Below, piece by piece: positions 1 through 9,234 of a stretch of DNA of 64,000 bases. The first letter of the stretch is position 1. Every line of letters starts with the position of its first letter. Location: the IMG/VR virus record IMGVR_UViG_3300050821_003950, positions 1-64,000 of that record; one strand, 5' to 3'. The notes below the pieces were generated by a model that was not told the DNA's origin, searched no databases, and saw only the letters and a program-made list of their open reading frames with translations. The position numbers and the translations under genes are program-made. This DNA comes from a virus.

Positions 1-536
1 GCCACGACGCCGGCACCCCTCCCCCGCCCCCGGACGCCGGCCACGACAGCGCGCCCCCGAAGGACGCGGGGCACCCCGCCGACGCCGGCCACGACAGCGC
101 CCCGCCCCCTCCCCCGGACACGGGCGCGCCCGTCGCCGTCGACCTCACGGCGGGCATGTGGACCGCGGGCATCATGAGCGGCTCGCTGTTCATCCCCGAG
201 TCAGGATCGGTCACCGGGTTCAGCGGGTGGAGCGAAGACGTCGTCGCGGGCACGAGCGGATCGTGTCAGACGAACGCATCGAGCCCCGTCGACATCGAGT
301 ACGTGCCGAGCCCGGCGCTCGCCGGGACGTGCGTGATGACCTACGTGATCACCGCGGGCGCGAGCGTCACGATCTACAGCGGCGGCGCGGCCGTCGCGCC
401 TTCCTCGACGACGGGCTCGGGCACCGACGTCGACCCCTACGTCGTCACCTTCGTCGCGGCGGGAAGCCCCTCGATGGTTTTCGCGAGTGCGGATAAGCTC
501 TACGTCGACGTGATGTCGCTCACCGAGGCACCATGA
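1..536 (+). CDS. 5'-truncated Pro/Asp-Ala-Gly repeat protein (myxobacterial lipoprotein-like linker + beta-rich domain)
   Basis: Frame open from position 3: HDAGTPPPPPDAGHDSAPPKDAGHPADAGHDSAPPPPPDTG..., continuing into ORF 156..536. Confidence 0.7.
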   Translation, partial: HDAGTPPPPPDAGHDSAPPKDAGHPADAGHDSAPPPPPDTGAPVAVDLTAGMWTAGIMSGSLFIPESGSVTGFSGWSEDVVAGTSGSCQTNASSPVDIEYVPSPALAGTCVMTYVITAGASVTIYSGGAAVAPSSTTGSGTDVDPYVVTFVAAGSPSMVFASADKLYVDVMSLTEAP

Positions 537-889
537 GAGATCCGCAGATCGACGTCGACGCCATGCGCGCGCGCATCGTGCGAGCGTGCGACGAGGTCGG
601 CTTCCCCAAGCCCACGCCCGACGACACATTGCCCGAGTGGGCGGACGACTCGCTCGACAACGTCTTGCAGCGCGGCGCGAAGCGATGGCAGAGCGCGCAC
701 GCGCACGTGATCGACGCCTACGAGGCCGCGATGGTCGGCAACGAGGACGTCTTGCGCCGATGCCTCGTGCTCGCGCGCGACCTCGCCAAGAGCGCGCCGA
801 AGTGCGAGTGCGACCCGAAGAAGCTCCCGCACCGCGTCGAAGGCGGGATCAACCGATGGTGCGTCGTCTGCGGCGGGCGCGCGTCGTGA
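533..889 (+). CDS. hypothetical protein with C-terminal CxC...CxxC Zn ribbon
   Basis: ATGA overlap with upstream stop; CECD...WCVVCGG. Confidence 0.6.
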   Translation: MRDPQIDVDAMRARIVRACDEVGFPKPTPDDTLPEWADDSLDNVLQRGAKRWQSAHAHVIDAYEAAMVGNEDVLRRCLVLARDLAKSAPKCECDPKKLPHRVEGGINRWCVVCGGRAS

Positions 890-1049
890 GATACCGCTAC
901 TTCGCCACGCTCAGCATGGGCTCGATGACGTTCGGTTTTCTCGTCGGCCGCTACTTGGCCCTCGATCTCTCCGTGGACCTTCCTCGCGATGTTCTCGATC
1001 CACTTGTTCGCCGCTCTCTCCTAGAGCGCGCGGGCCTTCTGAAGCGCTC

Positions 1050-1571
1050 ATGAAAATCCAACCCGAAGCCGTCTCGACCGCGAGCGCGAACGCCACGCTC
1101 GAACGTCCCGAAGAAGGCGCGCCGTGGACGCCGTGCTCGTGCGTCGAACACCCCGACCTCCCCAAGAGCGTGACGTGCGCGCTCTGCAAGGGGCTCGGGC
1201 TCACGCTCCCGGCCGACTGGCTCGGCTCCGTATGGTCGATCCTCTTCATGCTCCCCGCCGAGAGCTTCGGCGTTCGCACGCCCGAGAAGTTCCTCGATCT
1301 CGTGCTCGGTCAGGTCTACCCCGACGGCGGCTACCGCGTGCTCCCCTGCGAGCATCCGAAGTTCGCCGAGGCCGTGAAGTTCGTCGACGCGCAGCTCTCG
1401 AAGGAGTCGATCGAACACGCGCTCGACGACGCGGCGCGCGGCGTCTTCAGGATCCGATCGACGGAAGGCACGACAGTCGGAGACCCGAAGACGCGGCCGA
1501 TGCTCGTGCGGCACTTGCGCCCGCTGCTCTTAGAGAAGATGCCGCCCGCGCGCGCATCGAAGACGCCCTAG
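1050..1571 (+). CDS. hypothetical protein (Cys-rich N-terminus)
   Basis: Good codon bias; CSC...CALCKG. Confidence 0.55.
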   Translation: MKIQPEAVSTASANATLERPEEGAPWTPCSCVEHPDLPKSVTCALCKGLGLTLPADWLGSVWSILFMLPAESFGVRTPEKFLDLVLGQVYPDGGYRVLPCEHPKFAEAVKFVDAQLSKESIEHALDDAARGVFRIRSTEGTTVGDPKTRPMLVRHLRPLLLEKMPPARASKTP

Positions 1572-1866
1572 TTTTCAGGCGGTAGCGGCGGCTACTTGCA
1601 GACCGCACGCGCCTCGGGCGTAGCGCGGACCCCTTGTTTTACGCTGGACGCGCGTTGCGCTGCGCTCGTGTGCGCGATGCACGTTTTTCATCTCGCGAAG
1701 ATCGCTCGATCTTTCCGCGGCCGAACGTCTAAGTGGTGACAAAAGCTTGACCTTCGTGTGGCTCATGCGGCAGTGTCTTTTGCCGCAACGGTCCCCCGCG
1801 TGGCAACGGAGCCGCACGGAACCGCTGTTCAACAAGGGACGTTTGTCCATTGAAAGAGGCCACGAC

Positions 1867-2631
1867 ATGACGACGATGGATCAGGCAAGGAAGAGGGCGG
1901 AAGAGGCGGGCTCGGGCGGGATCTTCATTCGACTCGCGGACGACGGCGACAAGTTCGTCGGCGCGTTCCTCGGCGGCGACGACGGCGTGCACGTGCGCGA
2001 GCTGGTCTGGGACAAGGCGCAAGACACCTACCGCGATCACACGCCGGCCGACGAAGCCGCGGGCGTGAAGCCGACGCCGAAGTTTTCGATGAACGTCTAC
2101 GTGCCCGCCGAGAAGTGCGTGAAGGTCTTCGAGATGACCGCGCCGACGTTCAAGGACTTGTGCGCGATCAAGGACAAGTACAAGGGGCTCGACACCTACT
2201 ACTTCGAGGTCACGCGCAACGGCAAGAAGGGGAACACGAAGACGACCTACCGGATCCTCCCCGAGACGCTCATCCCCGACGCCGACAAGGCGGCGATCAA
2301 GGGGATGAAGCTGCACGACTTGAAGAAAGCCGCGAACAGCGGCGACGCGTCGACCGATTTGTCGAGCCACGAGAAGGGCACCGCCAACGGCGCCACGAAC
2401 GGCACCGCCGCGGCTCCCGCGGGCGCGGCCGAGGTCGTCGACGGCGAGACCGCGCTCGCGATCGTGACGCGTCTGAAGGCGCTCTCGAAAGAGAAGATCG
2501 ACGCCTTCCTCGTGAAGTTCCAGATCAAGACGATCAAGGCTCTGCCGAAGGCGAGCGTCCCCGCGGCGCTCGAAATGCTCGACACGCTCGAAGGCAAGGC
2601 GCCCGCGGTCGAAGACCCGCTCGCTCTGTAA
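1867..2631 (+). CDS. phage single-stranded DNA-binding protein-like
   Basis: GAGG RBS before ATG 1867; GGIFIRLADDGDK, FSMNVY, FEVTRNGKKGNTKTTY pattern of OB-fold phage SSBs; acidic/hydrophobic tail; first gene of replication operon. Confidence 0.6.
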   Translation: MTTMDQARKRAEEAGSGGIFIRLADDGDKFVGAFLGGDDGVHVRELVWDKAQDTYRDHTPADEAAGVKPTPKFSMNVYVPAEKCVKVFEMTAPTFKDLCAIKDKYKGLDTYYFEVTRNGKKGNTKTTYRILPETLIPDADKAAIKGMKLHDLKKAANSGDASTDLSSHEKGTANGATNGTAAAPAGAAEVVDGETALAIVTRLKALSKEKIDAFLVKFQIKTIKALPKASVPAALEMLDTLEGKAPAVEDPLAL

Positions 2632-2641
2632 GGCCCCGACC

Positions 2642-4783
2642 ATGGGAGAGGGAGAGATCCCCTCCCGCGATCGGTACATCGACGCCGTCTTCGAGTCGGG
2701 CGGCTACCTGTCTCGCGTCTTCCCCGGCTACAAGCCGCGGGCGGGACAGGTAGCGCTCGCTCGCGCCGTCGACCATTCGATCGCGGAGAGGACGCACCTA
2801 CTGGCCGAGGGGCCGACGGGCACGGGCAAGTCGCTCGCCTACGCCGTCCCCGCTTCCTACTACGCATGGTCGACGGGGCGCCCGGTCGTCATCGTCACCG
2901 CGAACATCGCCCTGCAAGAGCAGATCGTGAACAAGGATCTGCCGCTGCTCCAATCGATCGCGCCGTGGCCCTTCACCTTCGCGCTCATGAAGGGAAGGAA
3001 CAACTACCTTTGCGAAGACAAGCGCGCGACCTTCGCCGCGAACAAGTTCGCGAACTACGGTCAGGGCGGCTTCGGCTTCGAGCGCTCGGAAGAAGAGCGA
3101 CGGCAGCTCAAGATCGTGGGCGATTGGGCCGACGAGTGCCACGCCGCGGGACCGCTCGAAGAGAGCGGCGACGTGAGCGATCTTCCCTTCGTGCCCATGC
3201 CGCACGTCTGGAAAAACTTCTCGGTCTCGGCCGACGAGTGCAAGAAGAACCATTGCAAGTTCCGCGACGGGTGCTTCGCGAACGCGGCTTTCGATCGTGC
3301 GCGCACGGCGAAGGTCGTCGTCACGAACTATCACCTTCTCTTCGCTCACCTCTCGGTCTTCCTCTCGACCGGGATCGACATCGTGCTTCCTCCCTTCGAG
3401 GTCGCCGTGCTCGACGAGGCGCACAAGGCGGCCGACATCGCGCGCGACTTCTTCGGGTTCAAGATCACTCAAGAGGTCTGCAAGCGGCTCGGTCGGAAGA
3501 TCGGACGCGAAGACGCGCGCGTGCAGGAAGCGATCGATCGCGGATCGACCTACTTCTTCCATTCGATGCTGAACCTCCGACACGACCCCAAGCGCTACAA
3601 GGCGCGCATCACGGGCGACTTCATCTTCGACGAGACCGACTCATGGTCGCAGCTCAAAGACGCGCTCGGCGCCGCGTGCGGGATCTTCGAGCTTCGATGT
3701 CAGAAGGCGAGCGCGGCCTACGAGGCGATCCGCACGAACGGCGGCGGGCTCTCGAAGGAAGCGGACGACGCGCTCGACGAGGTCGGCGAAGCCGAGCGCG
3801 ATCGTGATCGTTGTCTCGAAGTGTCCGGTCAGCTCGCGCAGGCGATGGATCCTCGAAACAATCTCTCGAACGTCTTCTTTCTCGAAGAGGATGAGAAGGG
3901 TCGCGTCACCGTCAGCTCGAAACTGATCTACGCGAGCGAGGTGCTAGAGCCTGCTCTCTTCAACAAGGAAGCGCGGAGCCGCGGCCCCGACGGCTCGACC
4001 ATCATCGGGAACCCCGTCACCGTGATCTGCACGTCGGCGACGCTCGCGACCAACGGCACGAGCTTCGACTACGTCGCGGCCGAGATGGGCGTCCCGAAGG
4101 GCTATCACGAGCTTGTCGCTCAGTCCCCCTTCGATTGGCCGCGTCAGTGTCTTTTCATCGTTCCGAGCGACATGCCGAACCCGCAAGATGAAGAGTTCAA
4201 GGATGCAGTCGCGCGCACGGTCGAGAAGACGGTGCTCCTCGCGGGCGGGCGCACGCTCGCCCTCTTCACGAGCAATCGCGTCTTGAACCATACCTACGAC
4301 ACGATCGTCGGCGCGTGCAGGCGCAACCGGATCACGCTGCTCAAGCAAGGCGACGCGCCGCGCATGAAGCTCATCGAGCAATTCAAGGCCGACGTGTCGA
4401 GCGTGCTGCTCGGGACCGAGAGTTTTTGGGCGGGCGTCGACGTGCCCGGCGAAGCGTGCTCGGTCGTCATCATCGATCGTCTTCCGTTTCCGACGCCCGA
4501 CGATCCCGTGCTCGACGTGCTGAGCGCGGCCGATGACAAGTGGTTCTTCCGTTACAGTGTGCCGAGAGCGATGATCGCGTTCAAGCAAGGCTTCGGCCGC
4601 TTGATCCGATCGACCAGCGACAAGGGCGTTGTCGTATGTCTCGATCAGCGTCTTGCCACGAAACGATACGGTCGCGACTTCTTGAGAAGTCTTCCGCCCG
4701 TTCCGAAATCGACTCGACTCGAAGCTCTCGTCGACTGGCTCAAACAACCTCTTCCAATGGAAGAGGCATGGGACGCGCTATGA
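2642..4783 (+). CDS. dinG: DinG/YoaA-family ATP-dependent DNA helicase
   Basis: Q motif (RAGQ), EGPTGTGKSLAY, KGRNNYLC Fe-S cysteines, DEAH, TSATL, FWAGVDVPG, QGFGRLIR. Confidence 0.93.
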   Translation: MGEGEIPSRDRYIDAVFESGGYLSRVFPGYKPRAGQVALARAVDHSIAERTHLLAEGPTGTGKSLAYAVPASYYAWSTGRPVVIVTANIALQEQIVNKDLPLLQSIAPWPFTFALMKGRNNYLCEDKRATFAANKFANYGQGGFGFERSEEERRQLKIVGDWADECHAAGPLEESGDVSDLPFVPMPHVWKNFSVSADECKKNHCKFRDGCFANAAFDRARTAKVVVTNYHLLFAHLSVFLSTGIDIVLPPFEVAVLDEAHKAADIARDFFGFKITQEVCKRLGRKIGREDARVQEAIDRGSTYFFHSMLNLRHDPKRYKARITGDFIFDETDSWSQLKDALGAACGIFELRCQKASAAYEAIRTNGGGLSKEADDALDEVGEAERDRDRCLEVSGQLAQAMDPRNNLSNVFFLEEDEKGRVTVSSKLIYASEVLEPALFNKEARSRGPDGSTIIGNPVTVICTSATLATNGTSFDYVAAEMGVPKGYHELVAQSPFDWPRQCLFIVPSDMPNPQDEEFKDAVARTVEKTVLLAGGRTLALFTSNRVLNHTYDTIVGACRRNRITLLKQGDAPRMKLIEQFKADVSSVLLGTESFWAGVDVPGEACSVVIIDRLPFPTPDDPVLDVLSAADDKWFFRYSVPRAMIAFKQGFGRLIRSTSDKGVVVCLDQRLATKRYGRDFLRSLPPVPKSTRLEALVDWLKQPLPMEEAWDAL

Positions 4784-5283
4784 TTACCGACGAATGGCTA
4801 GCCGGTTTCTGCGACGGCGAGAGCTGCATGATGCTCGTCCGATGCGGCGGAACGAAAACAAGACGAGGACTCTGGCAGCCGCTCTTTCGTGTCAACCTAC
4901 GAGACGATGACGGGGATTTACTGCACGCGATTCGCGAGCACGTCGAGGTTGGGTCCCTTTTCAATCAACCCGTTCATCCAACCCATGCACGAAACTCAAA
5001 TCCGCAACGAGCGTGGCAAGTCAGCGGGCGAGCCTGCGCGAAGATCGTAGAGATTCTTGATCGAGCCCCACTGCGATCGAAGAAGCGTTTTGAATATCCG
5101 ATCTGGCGCGAGGCGGTTCTACTCTATGTCGCCAATCGCGGAGCACACGGAAACGCGCAAACGAAAGCGTCGCTAGCTGCGTTGAATGCTCGTGATGAGC
5201 TGATGGGAGTGCTTCACGATCGGCTCGTCGAGATCCGAAAATACTCGGGGTCGCGAACAGAGGAAGCATGGGACGCTCTATGA
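4780..5283 (+). CDS. LAGLIDADG homing endonuclease (single motif)
   Basis: WLAGFCDGESC motif, PLRSKK...W; lower GC than flanks; ATGA-coupled. Confidence 0.85.
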   Translation: MITDEWLAGFCDGESCMMLVRCGGTKTRRGLWQPLFRVNLRDDDGDLLHAIREHVEVGSLFNQPVHPTHARNSNPQRAWQVSGRACAKIVEILDRAPLRSKKRFEYPIWREAVLLYVANRGAHGNAQTKASLAALNARDELMGVLHDRLVEIRKYSGSRTEEAWDAL

Positions 5284-5603
5284 AGCTGCGCGGGCTCTCG
5301 ACACGCGCGATCAACGCACTGCTCGCCGCTTGCCACGGCTGGCCCATCGACAGCAACCGTCTCGGCTCGCTCACCGCGGACATGCGAGCGCGCACGCCGG
5401 CCGAGATGCTCGCCAAGCTTGAAACGGCGCGGCTCGTGCGCCCGTGGGTGAGCATTCGCACGATGCTCCTCGCGACGAAGGGTTGCGGCATGAATACGCT
5501 TTACGAGATCGCGCAGTGGATGGGTGGCGAGACTCGTGACGCGATGCTTCGCACGAAGGCGCACGTCTGCGTCTGCCGCTCGTGCGACAAGAGGATGCCG
5601 TGA
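5280..5603 (+). CDS. hypothetical protein (weak RNA polymerase alpha-CTD-like HhH)
   Basis: LSTRAINAL...LLATKGCGMNTLYEI resembles alpha-CTD helix-hairpin-helix; C-terminal CxCxxC. Confidence 0.45.
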   Translation: MKLRGLSTRAINALLAACHGWPIDSNRLGSLTADMRARTPAEMLAKLETARLVRPWVSIRTMLLATKGCGMNTLYEIAQWMGGETRDAMLRTKAHVCVCRSCDKRMP

Positions 5604-6094
5604 AAGTCGTGTGGCTCGCGGTCCCCGAGTTCCCAGGCTACGCCGTCTCGAACACGGGGCTCGTGCTCCGCACCGTCGACGGCGTGATCCTCGCGCAGCG
5701 TCCGAACCACGGCGGCTACCTGCGCGTCGTCCTCTGGCGCGGCGGCAAGCCGACGCACCGACGCGTGCACGCGCTCGTGCTCGAAGCGTTCAAGGGGCCG
5801 AGGCCGAGCCCGCGCGAACACGGCGCGCACGCCCCCGACCGCTCGAAGCTGAACAACACGATCGCGAATCTCCGATGGGCGACGCCCGAAGAGAACGAGG
5901 CCGACAAGAAGGCGCACGGCACGCACAAAGGCGGCGGCAAGGTGAAGCCGCTCACCGACTTCGAGGTCGACCGAGTTCGCTTGTGGCACGCGGGCGGCGC
6001 GAGCCTCGCCTCGATCGCCTCGCGGCTCGGCGTGCACCGCTCGACCATCTCGCGCGCGGTGCGCGGGCTGCATCACAAGCCGAGGGCCGCATGA
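5600..6094 (+). CDS. NUMOD4/HNH homing endonuclease with C-terminal HTH
   Basis: WLAVPEFPGYAVSNTG, VHALVLEAF, H...NNTIANLRWAT..EN. Confidence 0.88.
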   Translation: MKVVWLAVPEFPGYAVSNTGLVLRTVDGVILAQRPNHGGYLRVVLWRGGKPTHRRVHALVLEAFKGPRPSPREHGAHAPDRSKLNNTIANLRWATPEENEADKKAHGTHKGGGKVKPLTDFEVDRVRLWHAGGASLASIASRLGVHRSTISRAVRGLHHKPRAA

Positions 6095-6846
6095 CCGACG
6101 GGATCCTTCTGCCCGGATGGGACTGCGCGCAGTGTCGAGCATTCAACGGCACCGCGAAGGAAGACTTGCAGACGTGCCGATGTTGCGGCGCGCCGAGGCC
6201 GAAGAAGACGCCCGAGGGCGTGACCTGCGAGAAGCACGGGGACAACTGCCCCCTCTACCAAGGATGGGACATGCGCCGAGTCGTGCTCGAATCTCCTTTC
6301 GCTGGCGACGTCGAGGCAAACATCGCCTATGCGCGCGCCTGCATTCGCGACTGTCTCTTGCGCGGCGACGCGCCGATCGCGAGTCACCTTCTCTTCACGC
6401 AACCCGGCATCCTGCGCGACGGCGTCATCGAAGAGAGATCGCTCGGCATGCGCGCGGGCTTCGCGTGGACGAGACAAGCCGAGGCCGTCGTCGTCTACAC
6501 CGATCGCGGGATCTCGTCGGGCATGAAGTCGGGCATCGGGCGGGCGCAGAAGATGGGCGTCCCCGTCGAGTACCGCAAGCTCGGCGCGGGCGCGACGCTC
6601 GTGGACGTGTTCGCCGCAGAAGCGAGCGCGAACGACACCGACGCCGACCTGACGCCCGCGATCCTCGCCTCGATGCTCGTGACCGTCGGCGTCGACGTCA
6701 CGCCGATCGAGCTTGTCGAGGTGCTGCAAGGTCACGAAGACGTGCTGATGGCCGCGGCGTGGGCGCGAGCAACGCACAAGAAGAACCAAGGCGACGCGAG
6801 CGTCGTCGTCCCCGACCCGCCCGAGTGGCTCAAGGCGCACGTATGA
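6091..6846 (+). CDS. Zn-finger + nucleoside 2-deoxyribosyltransferase-like (DUF4406-like) domain protein
   Basis: WDCAQC...CRCC; VVLESPFAGDVEANIAYAR...PIASHLLF...VVVYTDRGISSGM. Confidence 0.6.
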   Translation: MTDGILLPGWDCAQCRAFNGTAKEDLQTCRCCGAPRPKKTPEGVTCEKHGDNCPLYQGWDMRRVVLESPFAGDVEANIAYARACIRDCLLRGDAPIASHLLFTQPGILRDGVIEERSLGMRAGFAWTRQAEAVVVYTDRGISSGMKSGIGRAQKMGVPVEYRKLGAGATLVDVFAAEASANDTDADLTPAILASMLVTVGVDVTPIELVEVLQGHEDVLMAAAWARATHKKNQGDASVVVPDPPEWLKAHV

Positions 6847-8657
6847 TCAACGGCGTTCCCACGCTGCTCGACCTTCCGATCTGGGAGGAGCTTGTTCCGC
6901 ATTTGAAGATGACGAGCTTCAAAGAGGACAAGTATGTGCGCGTCGACTTCTCGCCGTTGCCCGCAGAGCTGGCGACGCGAGCGCTCGCCGTCGTCGTGTC
7001 CTGTATCTCGTGCGCGCGAATCATCCATCCCATGCGCTCTCGAAAAAAGTCGACGCGCTCACGCATCGCCGGCACGCCGATCGAGAGTGGACTCTTTCAC
7101 ACGGCGACGTGCATGCAGAAAGAAAACTCCGGGTGTTGCCGCACGCACGTCGCGCGCGAGTATCGCGCTCGGTTTCGTGATCTCTACTGGAAAGGAACGG
7201 ACCCCATGAGTCACCACGCGAACGTCATCGTTGCCGATCCCCCTTGGCCCTTCGGCGACAAGCTCCCCGGCCCCGGCCGCGGCGCCGAGAAGCACTACAA
7301 GGTGATGACGATCGACGAGATCAAGAGCTACCTCGACGTCGGGCCGCTGAAAGGGCTCGTCGAAGACGATGCGATGCTCGTCCTCTGGCGCGTGGGCTCG
7401 CAGCAACAAGAGGCACTCGACGTCGTCAAAGCGTGGGGTTTCGTCGTCAAGAGCGAGATCGTGTGGGTGAAGACGAAGAAGGGCACGCCTGACGACGAGA
7501 GCGACGAGGCGATGGACGATCCCAAGTCGACCAAGATCGGGATGGGCCACTACGTCAGGAACGAGCACGAGATCGCGCTCGTCTGCACGCGCGGCAAGTT
7601 CAAGGTGGCCGATCGTGGCGTGCGCTCGACCTTCCGCGCTCCGCTCGGCGAACACTCCGAGAAGCCTGCGAAGTTCTTCGAGCTGATCGAAAGGCTGGCG
7701 GGGGAGGGGCGAAAAGGCCACATGGTCGAATTGTTCGCGAGAAAAATCCGGCCGGGTTGGCACGTGATGGGCGATGAGATCCCATCGGGCTACGCGTGGA
7801 CGCCGGCCGGCAATACCTCAAGTGAGGTATTAGCGGCCCCCGGGACAAACACTTTACCGCTCGGCGCGAAGGTCCCGCCCGAGGCGTGGGGGCTCATGTC
7901 GATATGGGACAGGGCGAAATTCCGCGCCCATGCCTACGACCCCGAGGTCGACGGGCGCCCCGACAGCGACGAGGCGGCCGAAGAGGCGATCGTGCGGGAG
8001 ATGGTGAAGGCTCCGAAGGCTGCGCGCAAGCCGCGGAAGAAGAAGGGCGATCACCCGCAACAAGAGACCGACGAGCAGATCCGCGCCGAGCTGGCGAAGG
8101 CTCCGGTCTCTGCGCATCACGAGGTGCCGCCCGCGAAGACGAGCGGCGCAGCCGAGGCGCAGTCCAAGGCGGCAGTTCCGCACACGAACGGCACGAACGG
8201 CACCGTGAAATACTCGCTCAGCGACGAGACCGCCCGAGCGCTCTACGTCGAGCGCGCCGTGACCGAGAAGCTACTCTCGCCGCAAGAGGCGAAGAACACG
8301 GCCGAAGGCTGGATCCTCTTGCAGTCGCGCGCGCCCTCGGGATGGTTCGATCGCGACCCGTTCGGCGACGCCGTCAAACCGCCGCCCACGACCTCGAACG
8401 TCGACACGGACTTCGGCAGTCTCGCGACCGAGCTGACGAGCGCGGGCGCGCCGATCAGCATCGTCACCCTCGCGGGCCTGACGCCCATGAAGCGTCACGT
8501 CCTGCGCGCGTGGCTCGACAACGAGAAGGGCAACCTCGACAGCTTGCCCGAATGGTGGCGCGACGCCGTCGGGTGGGGACCGAAGCTCGCCGACACGTGG
8601 AGCGCGGCGCGCACGCGGCTCGCGAAGTGGGAAGAGAGCGACGAGGCAACGGTGTGA
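6843..8657 (+). CDS. MT-A70-family N6-adenine methyltransferase with N- and C-terminal extensions (internal start at 7206 possible)
   Basis: VIVADPPW, LVLW, WGF...IVWVK, GMGHYVRNEHE, HSEKP, VELFAR...GW...GDE. Confidence 0.88.
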   Translation: MINGVPTLLDLPIWEELVPHLKMTSFKEDKYVRVDFSPLPAELATRALAVVVSCISCARIIHPMRSRKKSTRSRIAGTPIESGLFHTATCMQKENSGCCRTHVAREYRARFRDLYWKGTDPMSHHANVIVADPPWPFGDKLPGPGRGAEKHYKVMTIDEIKSYLDVGPLKGLVEDDAMLVLWRVGSQQQEALDVVKAWGFVVKSEIVWVKTKKGTPDDESDEAMDDPKSTKIGMGHYVRNEHEIALVCTRGKFKVADRGVRSTFRAPLGEHSEKPAKFFELIERLAGEGRKGHMVELFARKIRPGWHVMGDEIPSGYAWTPAGNTSSEVLAAPGTNTLPLGAKVPPEAWGLMSIWDRAKFRAHAYDPEVDGRPDSDEAAEEAIVREMVKAPKAARKPRKKKGDHPQQETDEQIRAELAKAPVSAHHEVPPAKTSGAAEAQSKAAVPHTNGTNGTVKYSLSDETARALYVERAVTEKLLSPQEAKNTAEGWILLQSRAPSGWFDRDPFGDAVKPPPTTSNVDTDFGSLATELTSAGAPISIVTLAGLTPMKRHVLRAWLDNEKGNLDSLPEWWRDAVGWGPKLADTWSAARTRLAKWEESDEATV

Positions 8658-8670
8658 AAGGAGAAGGGCC

Positions 8671-8925
8671 ATGGAAGAGACATTCGATTTCGGTGAAGCG
8701 ATCAAGAGACTGAAGGCCGGCTCGCGTGTCGCGCGCGCAGGTTGGAACGGTAAGGGCATGTGGATCGTCCTGATCAAGCCCGGCAACGCGATGCACACGT
8801 CGGCCGCGGAGAAGTACCCGATGCAAGAGTGCATCGGCATGAAGAACGCGCAGGAAGAGATGCAGCCGGGATGGCTCGCGAGTCAGCTCGATATGCTCGC
8901 CGAGGACTGGACCGAGGTGAAGTGA
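8671..8925 (+). CDS. DUF2829 protein (Tad2-like anti-defence sponge family)
   Basis: FDFGEAIKRLKAG.RVARAGWNGKGMWI...GWLASQLDMLAEDW signature. Confidence 0.85.
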   Translation: MEETFDFGEAIKRLKAGSRVARAGWNGKGMWIVLIKPGNAMHTSAAEKYPMQECIGMKNAQEEMQPGWLASQLDMLAEDWTEVK

Positions 8926-9033
8926 GCAAGCGCGCCGCTCCGTGGACCCCGCAACGGTTCCGCTGGGCGGCGCGCATGTGGTTTCTGCTCGTCGAGGCGA
9001 GAGCCTACACCGAACGAGAAAGAGAAAAACGCG

Positions 9034-9234
9034 ATGGTCGAGATCGAGTCAGGATTCAGCGAGACCGCGAGCGCGCGGCGTGCCGTCGAAGACGATCGAA
9101 AGAGGGCGAAGAAATACCTCTTGCGTCGCTACATGGAGATTTGGACGTTGCAGAATTGCGTCGACGTCCCAACGATGCAGACGCTCGCTGATGACGTTGC
9201 CAACGGCAAGCACGCGGACGAGAAACTCGAATGA
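9034..9234 (+). CDS. hypothetical protein
   Basis: Short ORF coupled to next gene by ATGA. Confidence 0.45.
   Translation: MVEIESGFSETASARRAVEDDRKRAKKYLLRRYMEIWTLQNCVDVPTMQTLADDVANGKHADEKLE

Noticed and set aside
1575-1860. tRNA or ncRNA in the intergenic gap
   Set aside because: Only a short hairpin (AAGATCG-ct-CGATCTT, 1698-1713); no cloverleaf or recognisable family
4780-5283. Group I intron or intein in dinG
   Set aside because: dinG is complete with its own stop before the HEG; no room for intron core and no intein C/HN termini
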